In this document: positions 1 through 12,286 of the stretch, in pieces
How the letters are laid out: the number at the start of each line of letters is the position of its first letter
Position numbering within the stretch: position 1 is the stretch's first letter
DNA from: Blepharisma stoltei ATCC 30299
Lineage: Eukaryota; Protista; Ciliophora
Assembly: GCA_965603825.1 (NCBI GenBank)
Contig: CBFDEM010000041.1
Location: 1-64,000, forward strand
Direction of reading: 5' to 3'
Length of the DNA stretch: 64,000 bases
Notes under the pieces: generated by a model
Seen by the model: only the letters and a program-made list of their open reading frames with translations
What the model was told of the DNA's origin: nothing
The model's database searches: none
Position numbers and translations under genes: made by a program

Positions 1-1404
1 AACACCACCCCTAACACCCTAACACCCTAACACCCTAACACCCTAACACCCTAACACCCTAACACCCTAACACCCTAACACCCTAACACCCTAACACCCT
101 AACACCCAACCCCTAACACCCTAACACCCTAACACCCTAACACCCTAACACCCTAACACCCTAACACCCTAACACCCTAACACCCTAACACCCTAACACC
201 CTAACACCCTAACACCCTAACACCCTAACACCCTAACACCCTAACACCCTAACACCCTAACACCCTAACACCCTAACACCCTAACACCCTAACACCCTAA
301 CACCCTAACACCCTAACACCCTAACACCCTAACACCCTAACACCCTAACACCCTAACACCCTAACACCCTAACACCCTAACACCCTAACACCCTAACACC
401 CTAACACCCTAACACCCTAACACCCTAACACCCTAACACCCTAACACCCTAACACCCTAACACCCTAACACCCTAACACCCTAACACCCTAACACCCTAA
501 CACCCTAACACCCTAACACCCTAACACCCTAACACCCTAACACCCTAACACCCTAACACCCTAACACCCTAACACCCTAACACCCTAACACCCTAACACC
601 CTAACACCCTAACACCCTAACACCCTAACACCCTAACACCCTAACACCCTAACACCCTAACACCCTAACACCCTAACACCCTAACACCCTAACACCCTAA
701 CACCCTAACACCCTAACACCCTAACACCCTAACACCCTAACACCCTAACACCCTAACACCCTAACACCCTAACACCCTAACACCCTAACACCCTAACACC
801 CTAACACCCTAACACCCTAACACCCTAACACCCTAACACCCTAACACCCTAACACCCTAACACCCTAACACCCTAACACCCTAACACCCTAACACCCTAA
901 CACCCTAACACCCTAACACCCTAACACCCTAACACCCTAACACCCTAACACCCTAACACCCTAACACCCTAACACCCTAACACCCTAACACCCTAACACC
1001 CTAACACCCTAACACCCTAACACCCTAACACCCTAACACCCTAACACCCTAACACCCTAACACCCTAACACCCTAACACCCTAACACCCTAACACCCTAA
1101 CACCCTAACACCCTAACACCCTAACACCCTAACACCCTAACACCCTAACACCCTAACACCCTAACACCCTAACACCCTAACACCCTAACACCCTAACACC
1201 CTAACACCCTAACACCCTAACACCCTAACACCCTAACACCCTAACACCCTAACACCCTAACACCCTAACACCCTAACACCCTAACACCCTAACACCCTAA
1301 CACCCTAACACCCCTAACACCCTAACACCCTAACACCCTAACACCCTAACACCCTAACACCCTAACACCCTAACACCCTAACACCCTAACACCCTAACAC
1401 CCTA
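1..1404 (+). repeat. Telomeric repeat tract (CCCTAACA)n, chromosome end
   Basis: About 175 near-perfect 8-mer CCCTAACA units from base 1, ending at ...CCCTA|GACAG. This is the heterotrich (Blepharisma/Stentor) telomere repeat. Confidence 0.98.
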
Positions 1405-2042
1405 GACAGTATTGAACTACTCCAAAAAATGCAGATTTAGAATAAAATTGTTATAATAAGCAGTCATATAATAATTATATATGCATGCCTGAGCGTCTTT
1501 CCTTTAGCTTTATTCTGTTTTCTGCACTTCTTGAAACATTTAAAGCTTATTGGTAAGGCTCGTACCATTGAAAGAATTTTTGTAGAGATCGTAGTCAAAA
1601 AATAGTAAGCTGAAGGGAAAATCCCAGCATTTTTTAGCTAACGTTTAGTTGAATCAAGAAACGGCATTGAAGAACTTTCGGAATCAGTTTGAGATGAACT
1701 AAGTAAGCAATTATTTTAAAAAATTCTTATACACCTCCTTTAAATGATTGATTTTTTCATCGATTTTGCTTATTTCTTGGATATTAACTAAGCCTTCTTG
1801 TGTTGTAGAAAACTGACTTCAGCTTTAACTTGGAATTTTCTTAATTTTTCACTAATTTCTTAATACTCTGTTTCTTTTTCAGTAAAATCTTTTTTTTTTC
1901 CAATAAATCCTGAGCAAGTCTAGAAGTCCTTTCTCTATTCATTAATAGCTCCAGTTCAAAAATGTTTTCTTTGATTGACACCCCTTTCAAGTCTTTTATA
2001 AGGTTGCTTTTTAATAAGTCTACTTTCATATTTTCATGTGCA

Positions 2043-2290
2043 TTTTTACCTAGATGAATAAAATTAATTGTAATATAATTATAAAATGAGAACTATAAGA
2101 TGCTGTGAGCCAAAGTGCGAGCGTGAAGTTGAGCTTTCATACAATTGTACTTCACGGCCACTCGTTTTTAGGTTTCTCTCTTTAAAGTTATCTTTTGATG
2201 GATAATTTCTTTTAGCAAAGAAAAATCTGAAAGAGATAGGGAAATTGCGAGTAAAGCATAAAATACAAGTTGCCCTCTTTTTAAGCACGA
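2043..2290 (+). pseudogene. Truncated, decayed copy of the 5' end of the TPR gene at 3155
   Basis: Upstream sequence and first ~26 codons (ATG at 2086, MRTIRCCEPKCEREVELSYNCTS) closely match 3112-3232 (MSTIRCCESKCEREVEFSCNCTS), then similarity degenerates. Confidence 0.8.
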
Positions 2291-3154
2291 AAAACTAATC
2301 AATCATCACAATAATTTATTATCTACATTTACAGATTCCAATAAGATTGTAAGACAAGTTCGCGATAAATTTAGCCAAGAAACAGAGAATTTATGCTACA
2401 AACGGAATTATTAATAACTCATAATTCTCATAGGAAGATTAAGAAAATCCTATTTTCCCTGATATAAAGCACGGCATCCCAAATATAAAAAGCATTTGTC
2501 TTAAATCTTCTCAAGTATCAATGAGCTTTATGAAATTATAAATAACAAAACTAATAAATTTTCAATCATCTTATCTAAAGTCCTTTCAATGTTAAGAATA
2601 GGAACAATGAGTCTTGCCACTATTAAGATTTTTAAAATCTGGATTTGATGTGGTGGGTCCTGTATTTTTACATAGAGACCAGCAAGATGTCAAAGAGCTA
2701 TTAGTGGTCTTATTAGAATTTACGCTGAATGAAGCCACAAGCCCATTGTTTTCTTTTAGCTATAATGAGATATTTTATTTATATGTGAAAAACAATCAAG
2801 TATCACAAGAAAGGAAAACTTTTTGGTGATTCCGAGCTTGGAAATTGATATAATATCGTATATTAAAAAACAAAAAATCCAAAAAAGATTGACAGGGTTT
2901 GAGGTGTGATTTTTGTGGCAAAAATTTGCTTTTTAAAATAGAGATTATCATTAAGAGTCGATATCAATTGAATACACCAAAATTTTCTCATTTGAATAAT
3001 CATGAAGATTAAAAGATCCTTTTAATTAAACCAATCGTTTTTCTAATATAGAATGGAGCTTGTTTACATACTGTACTTTGAGTTTAAAACCTTAAGCATC
3101 GATAAAACATATTTTATCTTAGGTGAATAAATTAATTGTAATGTAATTATAAAA

Positions 3155-5032
3155 ATGAGCACCATAAGATGCTGTGAGTCAAAGTGCGAACGTGAAGTTG
3201 AATTTTCATGCAACTGCACTTCACCAGCCACTTATTTTTGCAAAGAACACGCAGTGAGCCATTGCGGATCTACCGACAATCCTCATAATATCAGCTCTTT
3301 TTTTGAAGAACCTGTTGAAAGCACAAAAGAAGCAATCCTTGGCTTTCTTGCTGAAGAAAAGTCAAAAATTGATAAAATGAGGGCAAATATAGTTTCTTCC
3401 TTTACTCAAACTCTTTTTAGTTATGAAAATGTTCTTGAACAAGCTTTAAAAGAAATCGACTCTGATTCTACAAAAATTGGCAGCTATGTAGAAAAAATCT
3501 GGCATGCCCAAAAAACATCGAGAATAGAAAAAGATCAAGTTTTAAATTTGCTAGCCTTGCAGCCAAGTAAAGCTGCTGAAGAAGTGAAAGAAATTTTTAC
3601 AGTTATATCAACTAATAAAATCGAGTTATTCTGTGAAATAGGAAGACAAATTGACAGAGTTATACAAAGCTTTCACGAAGAAAAGTCCAAAGTTTTTATT
3701 CCAGATGAAATGCGTTTTAAAATGAAAGACATTCATATGAACTTTGAGAGTACAGTGAAGAATTTACAGCCAGCATTAAATAAGTATAAAGAAGGCAATC
3801 TAAAAGATGCACCTACAAACATACGAGATTTCATATATAATAAAATGAAAAACGAGTTTCCAATAAAGCATTGCAACCCAAACTGTGCAGATTGCTTTTC
3901 AAATAAGGGAGATGCTCTATATGAGTTAGGCAGATCTGAAGAAGCTATAGAATGCTATAAAGAAGCGATCAGAGTTGATCCAAATACTACATCTGCATAC
4001 AATCAAATAGGAAATATCTTCTTAAATGAAAAGAGATATGAAGAAGTGGTAGAGCATTATAACGATGCAATTAGTATCAATCCAAACAATGCAAGTTACT
4101 ATTCAAATAAAGGGCATGCTCTTAGAGAGTTAGGCAGAGGAGAAGAAGCTATGAAATGCTATAAAAAAGCTATCAGAGTTGATCCAAATTATCCTGATGC
4201 ATGAAATGGTATAGGAGTTATCTTCTATAATGAAAAGAGCTATGAAAAAGCACTGAAACATTGCAACGATGCAATTAAAATTAACCCAAACTGCGGAGAT
4301 TATTATTATAATAAAGGAAATGCTCTTAGAGAGTTAGGCAGAAGAGAAGAAGCTATTGAATGCTATAAAAAAGCTATCAAAATTGATCCAACTCATGCTG
4401 ATGCATACAATAGCATAGGAATAATCTCCTATAATGAAAAGAGATATGAAGAAGCAGTACAACAGTTTTGCGATGCAATTTGAAACAACTCACACTGTGC
4501 AAATTATTATTATAATAAAGGAAATGCTCTTAGAGGGTTAGACAAAAGAGATCAAGCCATGGAAAGCTATGAAAAAACTATCGAAATTGATCCTAATCAT
4601 GATAAGGCATACAATAGCATAGGAGCTATCTTATCTAATGAAAAGAGGTATGATGAAGCGGTAATATATTACAACGATGCAATTAGAATTAATCCAAACT
4701 GTGCAGATTATTATTCAAATAAAGGATATGCTATATATGAGTTAGGCTGAAGAAAAGATGCTATTGAATGCTATAAAGAAGCTATCAGAGTTGATCAAGA
4801 TTATGCAGATGCATACAATGGCATAGGAGTCATCTTTTTTAATGAAAAAAGCTATGGAGAAGCACTAAAATATTACAACGATGCAATTAGAATCAATCCA
4901 AACAATGCAAATTATTATTTAAATAAAGGAAATGCTCTAGCTAAGTTAGACAGAAAAATAGAAGCTATGGAATGCGGTAGAATAGCTAAAAGAATAGACC
5001 CAAAGTGCGATGTGAATTGCATTTTATTTTAG
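3155..5032 (+). CDS. TPR-repeat protein with Cys-rich N-terminus and C-terminal CaaX-like motif (CILF), 625 aa
   Basis: Continuous frame when TGA (4202, 4481, 4748) = Trp. Tandem ~204-nt units each encode two TPRs (NKG.AL..LGR.EEA..CY..AI..DP). TAG at 5030-5032. Confidence 0.85.
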
Positions 5033-5703
5033 AAATAAAGGCATGCTCTTGATAAGTTAGGCAGAAGAGAAGAAGCTATGGAATGCCTTAATAAAGCAAA
5101 GAGTTTATAAATGCTTAATCTTATCAATAATAAAAGATATTTTGAATGAGTTCGCTCTTATTAGTAATTTATATCTATTTTATTAAATATAACAATTAAA
5201 GCAAAATTTATTACTTTTACATTACAAATTTATACTAATTGTAACATATGTGCGAAGGAAGATTGATTTATTATTAAAATAAGGCACAAGACGAAAGTAA
5301 AGCATTAAAACGCTTAATTATGATCTATGCAAATGTTGGTAAAGGTGATGTTGAGAATATAGGATATGATGTTTATTAAGCTTTGAATCCAACTTGGAGT
5401 TGAAACTACCAAGTTTTTGACAATTTGCAGACCCATTATGATATTTTTAGTTAACTGTAAATTATAATAGATACTAGATTTTAGGGAAAAATAAGAATGA
5501 TTTTAATTATCATGAAATTACTTAGCGGTTATGACCATTAAATTTAATTCAAAAATATTTGAGCTATAGAGGAATCGCAGAATACGCATATTAAATAAGT
5601 TCATAAAAGACAAAAATTAATAAACAGCTTAAAAAAATCTGTAATCTCTTTACATAAAAAATCTACAAGCAATAATTATAATAGAAATAAATTATAAGAC
5701 TAA

Positions 5704-7947
5704 TTATTTAATTATCTGTAAAACTTTTTTATTTTCAAAAAATCCACGAATGCAGTTCACAACCTCCTTAGCCCTTTCTATTCTTTCAAGACAATTACTT
5801 CTCATCCATAAAGGCCTTTTTGCCATATTATGTCTTTGATCTACCAGCAGAATGACTGCATAATCATTTCTATGCCGAATTGCTCTGCCAATCGATTGAT
5901 TTATCGCTTTATGACAATTCATTTCATAAAATTTTCTGCCATTAAAATCGCCTCTCTTTGAGTCCAAAAACCTCATTTTTTCTTTAACTTCTAAATCATT
6001 AACATTTAGATAAGGCAGACCAACCATAATTACGCATCTCCCAAGATCGTCATTAAAATTAATTCCTTCACTTAATTTTCCTCTTACCACTGCGAACAAA
6101 ATAGCCCCTCCAATTTTTGCTTCTCGGGAATATTGATCCAGCATATTATTTTCATTTCGATTATCAAAAAATAGCGTTTTATTAGCCTGAATTTGTGGGA
6201 AATAATTATGGTCTTGTAAATAGGTTTTTAATTTGGATAAGAAAGCAAACGATGGCAAAAAAACAACTACTCCGTGCGGCACTGTGAGACTGACATCTAA
6301 TATCAGCTTGCATAAATCAGTCAGCATTATATCATTATCTCTGCTCTGATAATTAAATTTGAAAGGATTCCCGCTTTCTCCATATGAAACAATCGAAACC
6401 AAAAGGTTTTCTTTGGGGATTACATGCCCACATGAGAATCGTCCAATCTTTTCTCTAGGAGTATCAGAGAAAAGCTGCATAAATTCATCGATTGGCTCAA
6501 TTGTCCCTCCAGCGAGTATTACACATCTTGCTTCATTCAGCATTGTTTGGAAAGGTATTTTTGGGTTAAGTAGCAAATATTTTATTACAGGGAGATTTTC
6601 TTCAAACTCAAATAGTATTCTTGAGTCTTTGGGATCAGTACCAAAACACCTTACAAATTCCATGAAATAGTGAAAACACGCAGAATCACTTGGCGAAAAA
6701 TCGAGATTTTCAGCAAAACCTGTGAGTTTCCTTGTTAGCTCGATTTCTTCCACAAAGTCAATGATTCTATAGAAATCATAGTCTACAAGCTCTCTTTCTA
6801 CAAGAAATTCTGCGACTGGGGTGACATGACTAATTTTGGCTCTTATCCTGGCATTCATGAAATCGCCTAAACTGACCAAAATTTTCAAAATTTGCTTGAT
6901 ATACATAGTCGACCTTGGGCTCATCCTATTTTGATAGCGATTAAAATAATTCGAAAGGTTTCTTAAGCTCTGCTCGATCTGGTTTCTGGTCAACGTGGCT
7001 GAGTAGGAATCTATAATAGATTCTATCAGGTTGTGGGCCTCATCCACAATTAAAATTACATTATCGAGGCAAATTCCGATTCCTTCTCTTACTTGTTTGT
7101 TAAGGATTGACGCATAAGGAGCTACAATGACTTCTGCGCTATTCAGAGAGCTTCTGGTTCCATAGTATGGGCAGCCTATATTTTCCTGCCCATATCGAAT
7201 TAAGTCTTCTATATCTGAAACATTTGACAAGGCGAATTCTGAAACTTTATTCTGACCCTGGTGCCAAACACATTCTGACCTTGTGTTATCTGGGTCAATA
7301 AGCTCTTTACATTTATAATTGATAGCCCCACTTTTTTTGTATTTTGATAAATGCTCATTTATGCATAAATGGTTTCTTGACCCTATTCTGATGACACGAA
7401 TTTTATCATCACCATGACCTCACTTTGTACGCTTAATTTCTCCAATAAATTGGTCTAGTTGTGAATGAGTACGACTTGTATAGAGAATTCTTGGCGGGAC
7501 AAAGCTTGGAATTGGAATCATTTCGACGTTTTTTGATGAAAGCTTTGAGTCTTCATTGCTGCTTTCGTTAATTAAAAGCAAATTTTCCGGAATTAGATTG
7601 CTATGAATTGTGTCAGATGGGCTCTTTTTTAAAGCTTTTTTAGTTGGCTGAATTGTGGCTTCACTTGAAGCTTTAGCTTCTTTTATTCGATTGTCTTTTT
7701 CAGCAGCATCAATTTCTCTTAGCCATGCCTGACTATTAGAATAGCTAGTTCGCTGAGAATCTGAAGATGAAGCTTGGTTCTCTCTAAGCCATTTAAAAGC
7801 CGCACAAATGATGCTTAAAGATTTTCCAGTGCCTGTAGGGCTTTCAAAAATGCCTGCTTTACAAGTATCTAGAGTATCATATAGCCGATTCATAAAATCA
7901 AGCTGAATTGAATAAGGTTCAAAAGGGAAAGCAAAATCCCGCTCCAT
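5704..7947 (-). CDS. DDX11: DDX11/ChlR1 (Chl1)-like Fe-S DNA helicase, 747 aa
   Basis: [59 protein letters not shown] and [10 protein letters not shown] motifs. Two ORFs joined by TGA=Trp at 7420-7422. Confidence 0.92.
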
Positions 7948-8114
7948 TTTAACTATAACACATATTAATATTTAGCTCATTAGTCTTGCCTAAACTTAAA
8001 AAATTTCGGAGCAATTTTATTCTCTGTTGGCATTTGATAAGGAAAGAGCAATAAAATTATTTGCTTAATTATCTTTATAATAGCAATATAGGTAGGTTGC
8101 ATTTATATTTTAAT

Positions 8115-8390
8115 ATGGCAAAGTTTTATTGCGAGTATTGCAATATCTATTTAACTCACAGCTCTCCTGCTGGAAGAAAACAGCACGCCCATGGCCGCAA
8201 ACATATTAACAACAAGATTGAATACTACACTGAATTTCTCATAGAGCAGCAAGCACAAGCAAGTCAAGCCCACTACCAAAACAATCCAGGATTTTACCTT
8301 CAGCAGCAATATACAGCAAACAATATATCCCAAGGCGTTTATCTTCCTCCAAATTTTATACCCCTCCCCAGCTACAACCCTAATCAGTAA
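8115..8390 (+). CDS. SNRPC: U1 snRNP protein C (matrin-type zinc finger), 91 aa
   Basis: [30 protein letters not shown] matches the U1-C N-terminus. ATG at 8115. Confidence 0.92.
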   Translation: MAKFYCEYCNIYLTHSSPAGRKQHAHGRKHINNKIEYYTEFLIEQQAQASQAHYQNNPGFYLQQQYTANNISQGVYLPPNFIPLPSYNPNQ

Positions 8391-8426
8391 TAGATAATTT
8401 TAGAAAATTCGCTTAAAGACTTTAAA

Positions 8427-9221
8427 TTACATAATTATGCACGAATCAGATAACCTTGGAAACTGTTTAGGCCTTTTAGCGCAATTGCACCACTCAAGCA
8501 AAGAAGTATTCCCAGGAGTCTCAATCCCAAACTCACTATCAGGAGTATTCGGCTCTGAAATCTCTATTTTCCTTCTATCTTTGCTCTCCTGCAAGATGGT
8601 GATAATGAAGCTCATGAACAAGTCGTCAATTTTTTCATTGCTCAACGCACTTGTTTTTATAAACTGTGTTTTGTATCTCCTCTTAATAGCTTCGATATCC
8701 GAAGCTGAAACTTTTCTATTAACTAAATCACTTTTATTTCCTACTAAAATTTTTTTAAAGAGTCTTGGATTCCGCAGTGCGGCTCTTTCGCTTTCTTTTA
8801 TGCTTACAAAATTCATAATTTTTTCCAGCGAAGAAATTGATTTCGAGTTAGTTAAGTCAAATATAAACATAAGTCCATTTATTTGATGCTCCTGATATAG
8901 CTCATCTTCATTGGTTTTTTTGTCAAAAATCCGCTTATTTTCAATTATACAATTAAAGATCCGACAAATTTCAGAGTCTTGGCGCTTAGGGTCAATCAAG
9001 GGTGGAAAATCAATCGGAAATAAATCTTCAAGCTCCAAAAGTACAAATCTCTTGTGAGTTTCATCAATATTGATTTCAACTAATTTCCTGAAAGTCGTGA
9101 TATTTTCTGTCGGGTTATGAATATGAGAAAAATCATGATTAATAAATCTTGACACCATGCTTGTTTTCCCAACAAAAGAGCTTCCTATCAGTGCAATTCT
9201 TACGATTTCAGGCTTTTCCAT
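8427..9221 (-). CDS. Atypical Ras-superfamily small GTPase with CaaX (CIIM)
   Basis: G1 GSSFVGKT, G4 NKSD, G5 TSAL and C-terminal CIIM present. G3 is degenerate. Confidence 0.85.
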   Translation of the reverse strand: MEKPEIVRIALIGSSFVGKTSMVSRFINHDFSHIHNPTENITTFRKLVEINIDETHKRFVLLELEDLFPIDFPPLIDPKRQDSEICRIFNCIIENKRIFDKKTNEDELYQEHQINGLMFIFDLTNSKSISSLEKIMNFVSIKESERAALRNPRLFKKILVGNKSDLVNRKVSASDIEAIKRRYKTQFIKTSALSNEKIDDLFMSFIITILQESKDRRKIEISEPNTPDSEFGIETPGNTSLLEWCNCAKRPKQFPRLSDSCIIM

Positions 9222-9379
9222 CTTTTATGTTAAGAAGAAACCCTCAACCCTGGATTTGAAGGGTGATATTTCCTTGAGATTTAAATTTTAATTAAATAGC
9301 ATAATATCAACTTCCAATTCTTCATTTTAAAATAGCCTACTAAAGATTTGAATTAGGACATATATGAATAAATAATTAA

Positions 9380-9686
9380 ATGCACAGACTATATCTTTTC
9401 TTAATTCTGCTAAATGCAGCTTGGTCTTTAACGAGCCCTAAACTGTTTAAAGGAAATTTGAAGGAAAATGAAAGGCAAGGACCCATCGTAAAAGTTCATG
9501 TGTCCATAGCAATGGAATGAATTCAAAGTAATTTGATTGTCGTAGGCCTTGGTATTTTAGGAACTATTATAGTAGGGTATGCAATTGTATACAGTAAATT
9601 GATATTTAGAACTGAAAAACTCTAGCTCAGACAAAGATATTATCGTGATGAAAGAGACAAGAAGGTTTAAGTGTGCAAATTGCTAG
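9380..9686 (+). CDS. Small signal-peptide plus single-TM protein (96 aa), one predicted 16-nt intron
   Basis: MHRLYLFLILLNAAWS signal-like start, TGA=Trp, hydrophobic LIVVGLGILGTIIVGYAIVY segment. Removing GTAAATTGATATTTAG (9594-9609) extends the frame to TAG at 9684-9686. Not in the ORF track. Confidence 0.55.
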
Positions 9687-10190
9687 CCGTTATTGATAAT
9701 TAATTATATTCAGTATGTTAAGCAGTATTAAAATTTAGTTATAACACTCAAATATATATATCCAGTTTAGAGGATATTAAATAAAGGGTGCAATTAAGAA
9801 AATCAAGTACAAAATTTGTTGCTATGCTTTAACTAAGACCAATTGATAATATTTGCCAAAACTCACAGCTCATTTTTCATGCTTTCAATATCATAATGGC
9901 CGCATAATTAAAATTTTATAAGAAAACAATTAAATAAAAATCAACCTAAACCTCATTTTTAATAATATCCACTCCGCAAACTACATCTTTCTTCTTTTAT
10001 TCATTTGATTATTATGCTTTTAGGAAGCCTTTAGTCTCACAATTAACCCAGCATGCTGTCCTTAGATTTAATTGATTCAATAATTATTATAATTTATTAT
10101 TACAAAATTTTAAGTGTATATTAGACTATAACTAAACCAATTTGCGTACGATTTTGGTATAAATACTTGTAAAAAGAAGGAAGAATATCT

Positions 10191-10273
10191 CCGATTATAG
10201 CTCAGTTGGTAGAGCATGGGACTGTAGAAAAATAGTCATCCCAGGGTCCCCGGTTCGAATCCGGGTGATCGGA
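10191..10273 (+). tRNA. trnY-GTA: tRNA-Tyr(GTA) with ~10-nt intron (10228-10237)
   Basis: Acceptor stem CCGATTA/TGATCGG, D arm AGCTCAGTTGGTAGAGC, anticodon stem TGGGA/TCCCA with CT-GTA, T loop GGTTCGAATCC, followed by an oligo-T terminator. Confidence 0.95.
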
Positions 10274-10311
10274 TTTTTTTCTTTTCTCTATCTAATCACT
10301 TTTATTATTAA

Positions 10312-10869
10312 ATGGAATTCATATCTGATTTAGCCTATCCAACCTTCGTCCTAGCCATTCTGGGAATTTTAGGCTACAAAGCTTATAGCTCAACTCCTCA
10401 AGGCCAAAATTCTCACAATAATCCAGCTCCTCAGCAGGAAGATATAACAGTGAGAATTTACTCACAAAACAGGATTTTTGACTTAAATATAAACACCGGA
10501 GTGACTGGAAGCGAACTATCACAAAGAATTTTTACGCCAACAGAGCTCGCAAATCATCAGCCAGTTTTGATATTCATGGGGAGAAGACTAGAACTTAGCT
10601 CACCTTTGTATTTACAAGGCGTGAGAAATGGCTCAGCGATTCATACACAGCTAAGCGAGAGGCAAAATGAGAATTCAGAAAGAAGTGGAGAAGGCTCTCA
10701 TTTTCTCATTACTTTATTCATTTGTGGGGCTTCTTTATTGATTTTGTGATATTTTTTCTATCAGTATCCTCAATATTACAGTAATTTGTCAAAACTCATG
10801 CTTTTGGGCTTTACTCTGGGATGGAGCGGAGTTGCATTATCGTATTTTAAACCGAGAAATCAGCCTTAA
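10312..10869 (+). CDS. Transmembrane and ubiquitin-like domain protein (TMUB-like), 185 aa
   Basis: N-terminal TM, UBL (LIFMGRRL...GV.NGSAIH) and two C-terminal TMs. IL-W(TGA)-YFFYQYPQYY resembles the TMUB LLWY motif. Confidence 0.75.
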
Positions 10870-10998
10870 GAAAAATATATTGCTGAACAAAAATAAAATT
10901 AAATAAATCAGTTTCTATATAATTAGGAGATGATTTACTTATATTATAGAGAAATAAAGTATATCTTAAGTTTTATTTCGAATCTGGTAGTCTTCTAG

Positions 10999-11358
10999 AT
11001 GGGCCGAGAAATTGGTAGCGAATTAAGAAAGTCTGAATCTTATAATAGGCTTGAGGAATATCTGCCGGAGAGCATAAGTAATTTGAAATTGAGTCATAAC
11101 CTGTTGGGAAACTACACTATAATAAGAAATAAGCTAGAATTGGAGTTGAGTGCAAAGACTTCAACTCTGATATGCAACTTACCTTTCTATTTATACAGAG
11201 AAATGCTATTATTTCAGGCTTTACTTGAAAAGGGAGGATTCTTGATCCACACTCAGGGCATGTGAACTCCATATGAGACATTTTATTTATTAGGACTTTG
11301 GACTTTGAATTGGCAGAAATGATTTCTTAAAATTAAAATGCATACTCTTATAATATAA
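10999..11358 (+). CDS. Possible hypothetical protein (119 aa)
   Basis: Open frame with TGA=Trp to TAA at 11356-11358. No recognisable motif. Confidence 0.25.
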
Positions 11359-11763
11359 AGACCAATAAGCTTTATTGAGAGACCTTTAGTTTTTCACGCC
11401 TGCAGATAAAAATTTTCATTCACGACTAAAATTTGAAGAAGTTCTTCAAAATATGGAGGTAAAGATTTATTGAATAGCTGAGACATACAAGCATTAATTT
11501 TTTAAAGCAGAATAACTAATAGGCTTTATCTAATAAATCAATTTCTCAGATAATCGACTATCAATCGCTTACTAATAAATAAAATTTAGACCCAATTGCT
11601 ATATTATTTGATATGACATCATAGTTTTAAATAAAAATTATTAAGATATCCATTATTCCCAGTATTGCGAACTTCTGAAAGATAATATTGCTAAAACTTG
11701 TTAATTCTATGCAATCAAATAATCAAAGTTCAGTAACATCATGGCAGCTATAATAATTTGTAT

Positions 11764-12240
11764 ATGGATCAATACCAGATTGGAAGAGCCTTTAATACTC
11801 CAATTCATCAGATTTCTGAATTTTTATACATAGGGAGTCGAGCTGGAGCTGAAGATCGCAGATATTTGTTTCAGTTAAACATCAAGCATATTTTAGTAAT
11901 TTTGCCTTATTATTCAAAACCTCCTTTTCCTAACGATTTCAATTATTTGTTTATTCAACTAACTGACGATCCAGAAGAAGATTTATTATCGATTCTTCCT
12001 GAAGCATTGAGATTTATTCATTCAGCTATCGTAAACCATGAAAATGTATTAGTGCACTGCAATGCTGGAGTTTCTCGATCTGGAGCCACTGTCATAGCTT
12101 ATCTGATGGCATCTCGGCACATACATTTTGAAAAAGCTCTATCTATAGTTCAGTCGATTAGACCTTGTGTACTTCCCAATGAAGGGTTTCAAATGCAATT
12201 AAAATCTCAATCCCCATTTATGCTTTCGCAATTAATATAA
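11764..12240 (+). CDS. Atypical dual-specificity protein phosphatase
   Basis: LYIGS, DDPEEDL, VLVHCNAGVSRSGATVIAYLM and RPCVLPNEGF motifs. Confidence 0.92.
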   Translation: MDQYQIGRAFNTPIHQISEFLYIGSRAGAEDRRYLFQLNIKHILVILPYYSKPPFPNDFNYLFIQLTDDPEEDLLSILPEALRFIHSAIVNHENVLVHCNAGVSRSGATVIAYLMASRHIHFEKALSIVQSIRPCVLPNEGFQMQLKSQSPFMLSQLI

Positions 12241-12286
12241 CTCTTTTGTATACAATAATTAATTAAATTTAATATATTATCTACTA

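Noticed and set aside
1-1320. Variant telomere units (near 1-12, ~106-112, ~1311)
   Set aside because: Isolated single-base indels that cannot be distinguished from long-read error.
8387-8403. Possible intron GTAATAGATAATTTTAG spanning the U1-C stop
   Set aside because: At 17 nt it is outside the 15-16 nt norm, and the gene is complete without it. RNA-seq would be needed.
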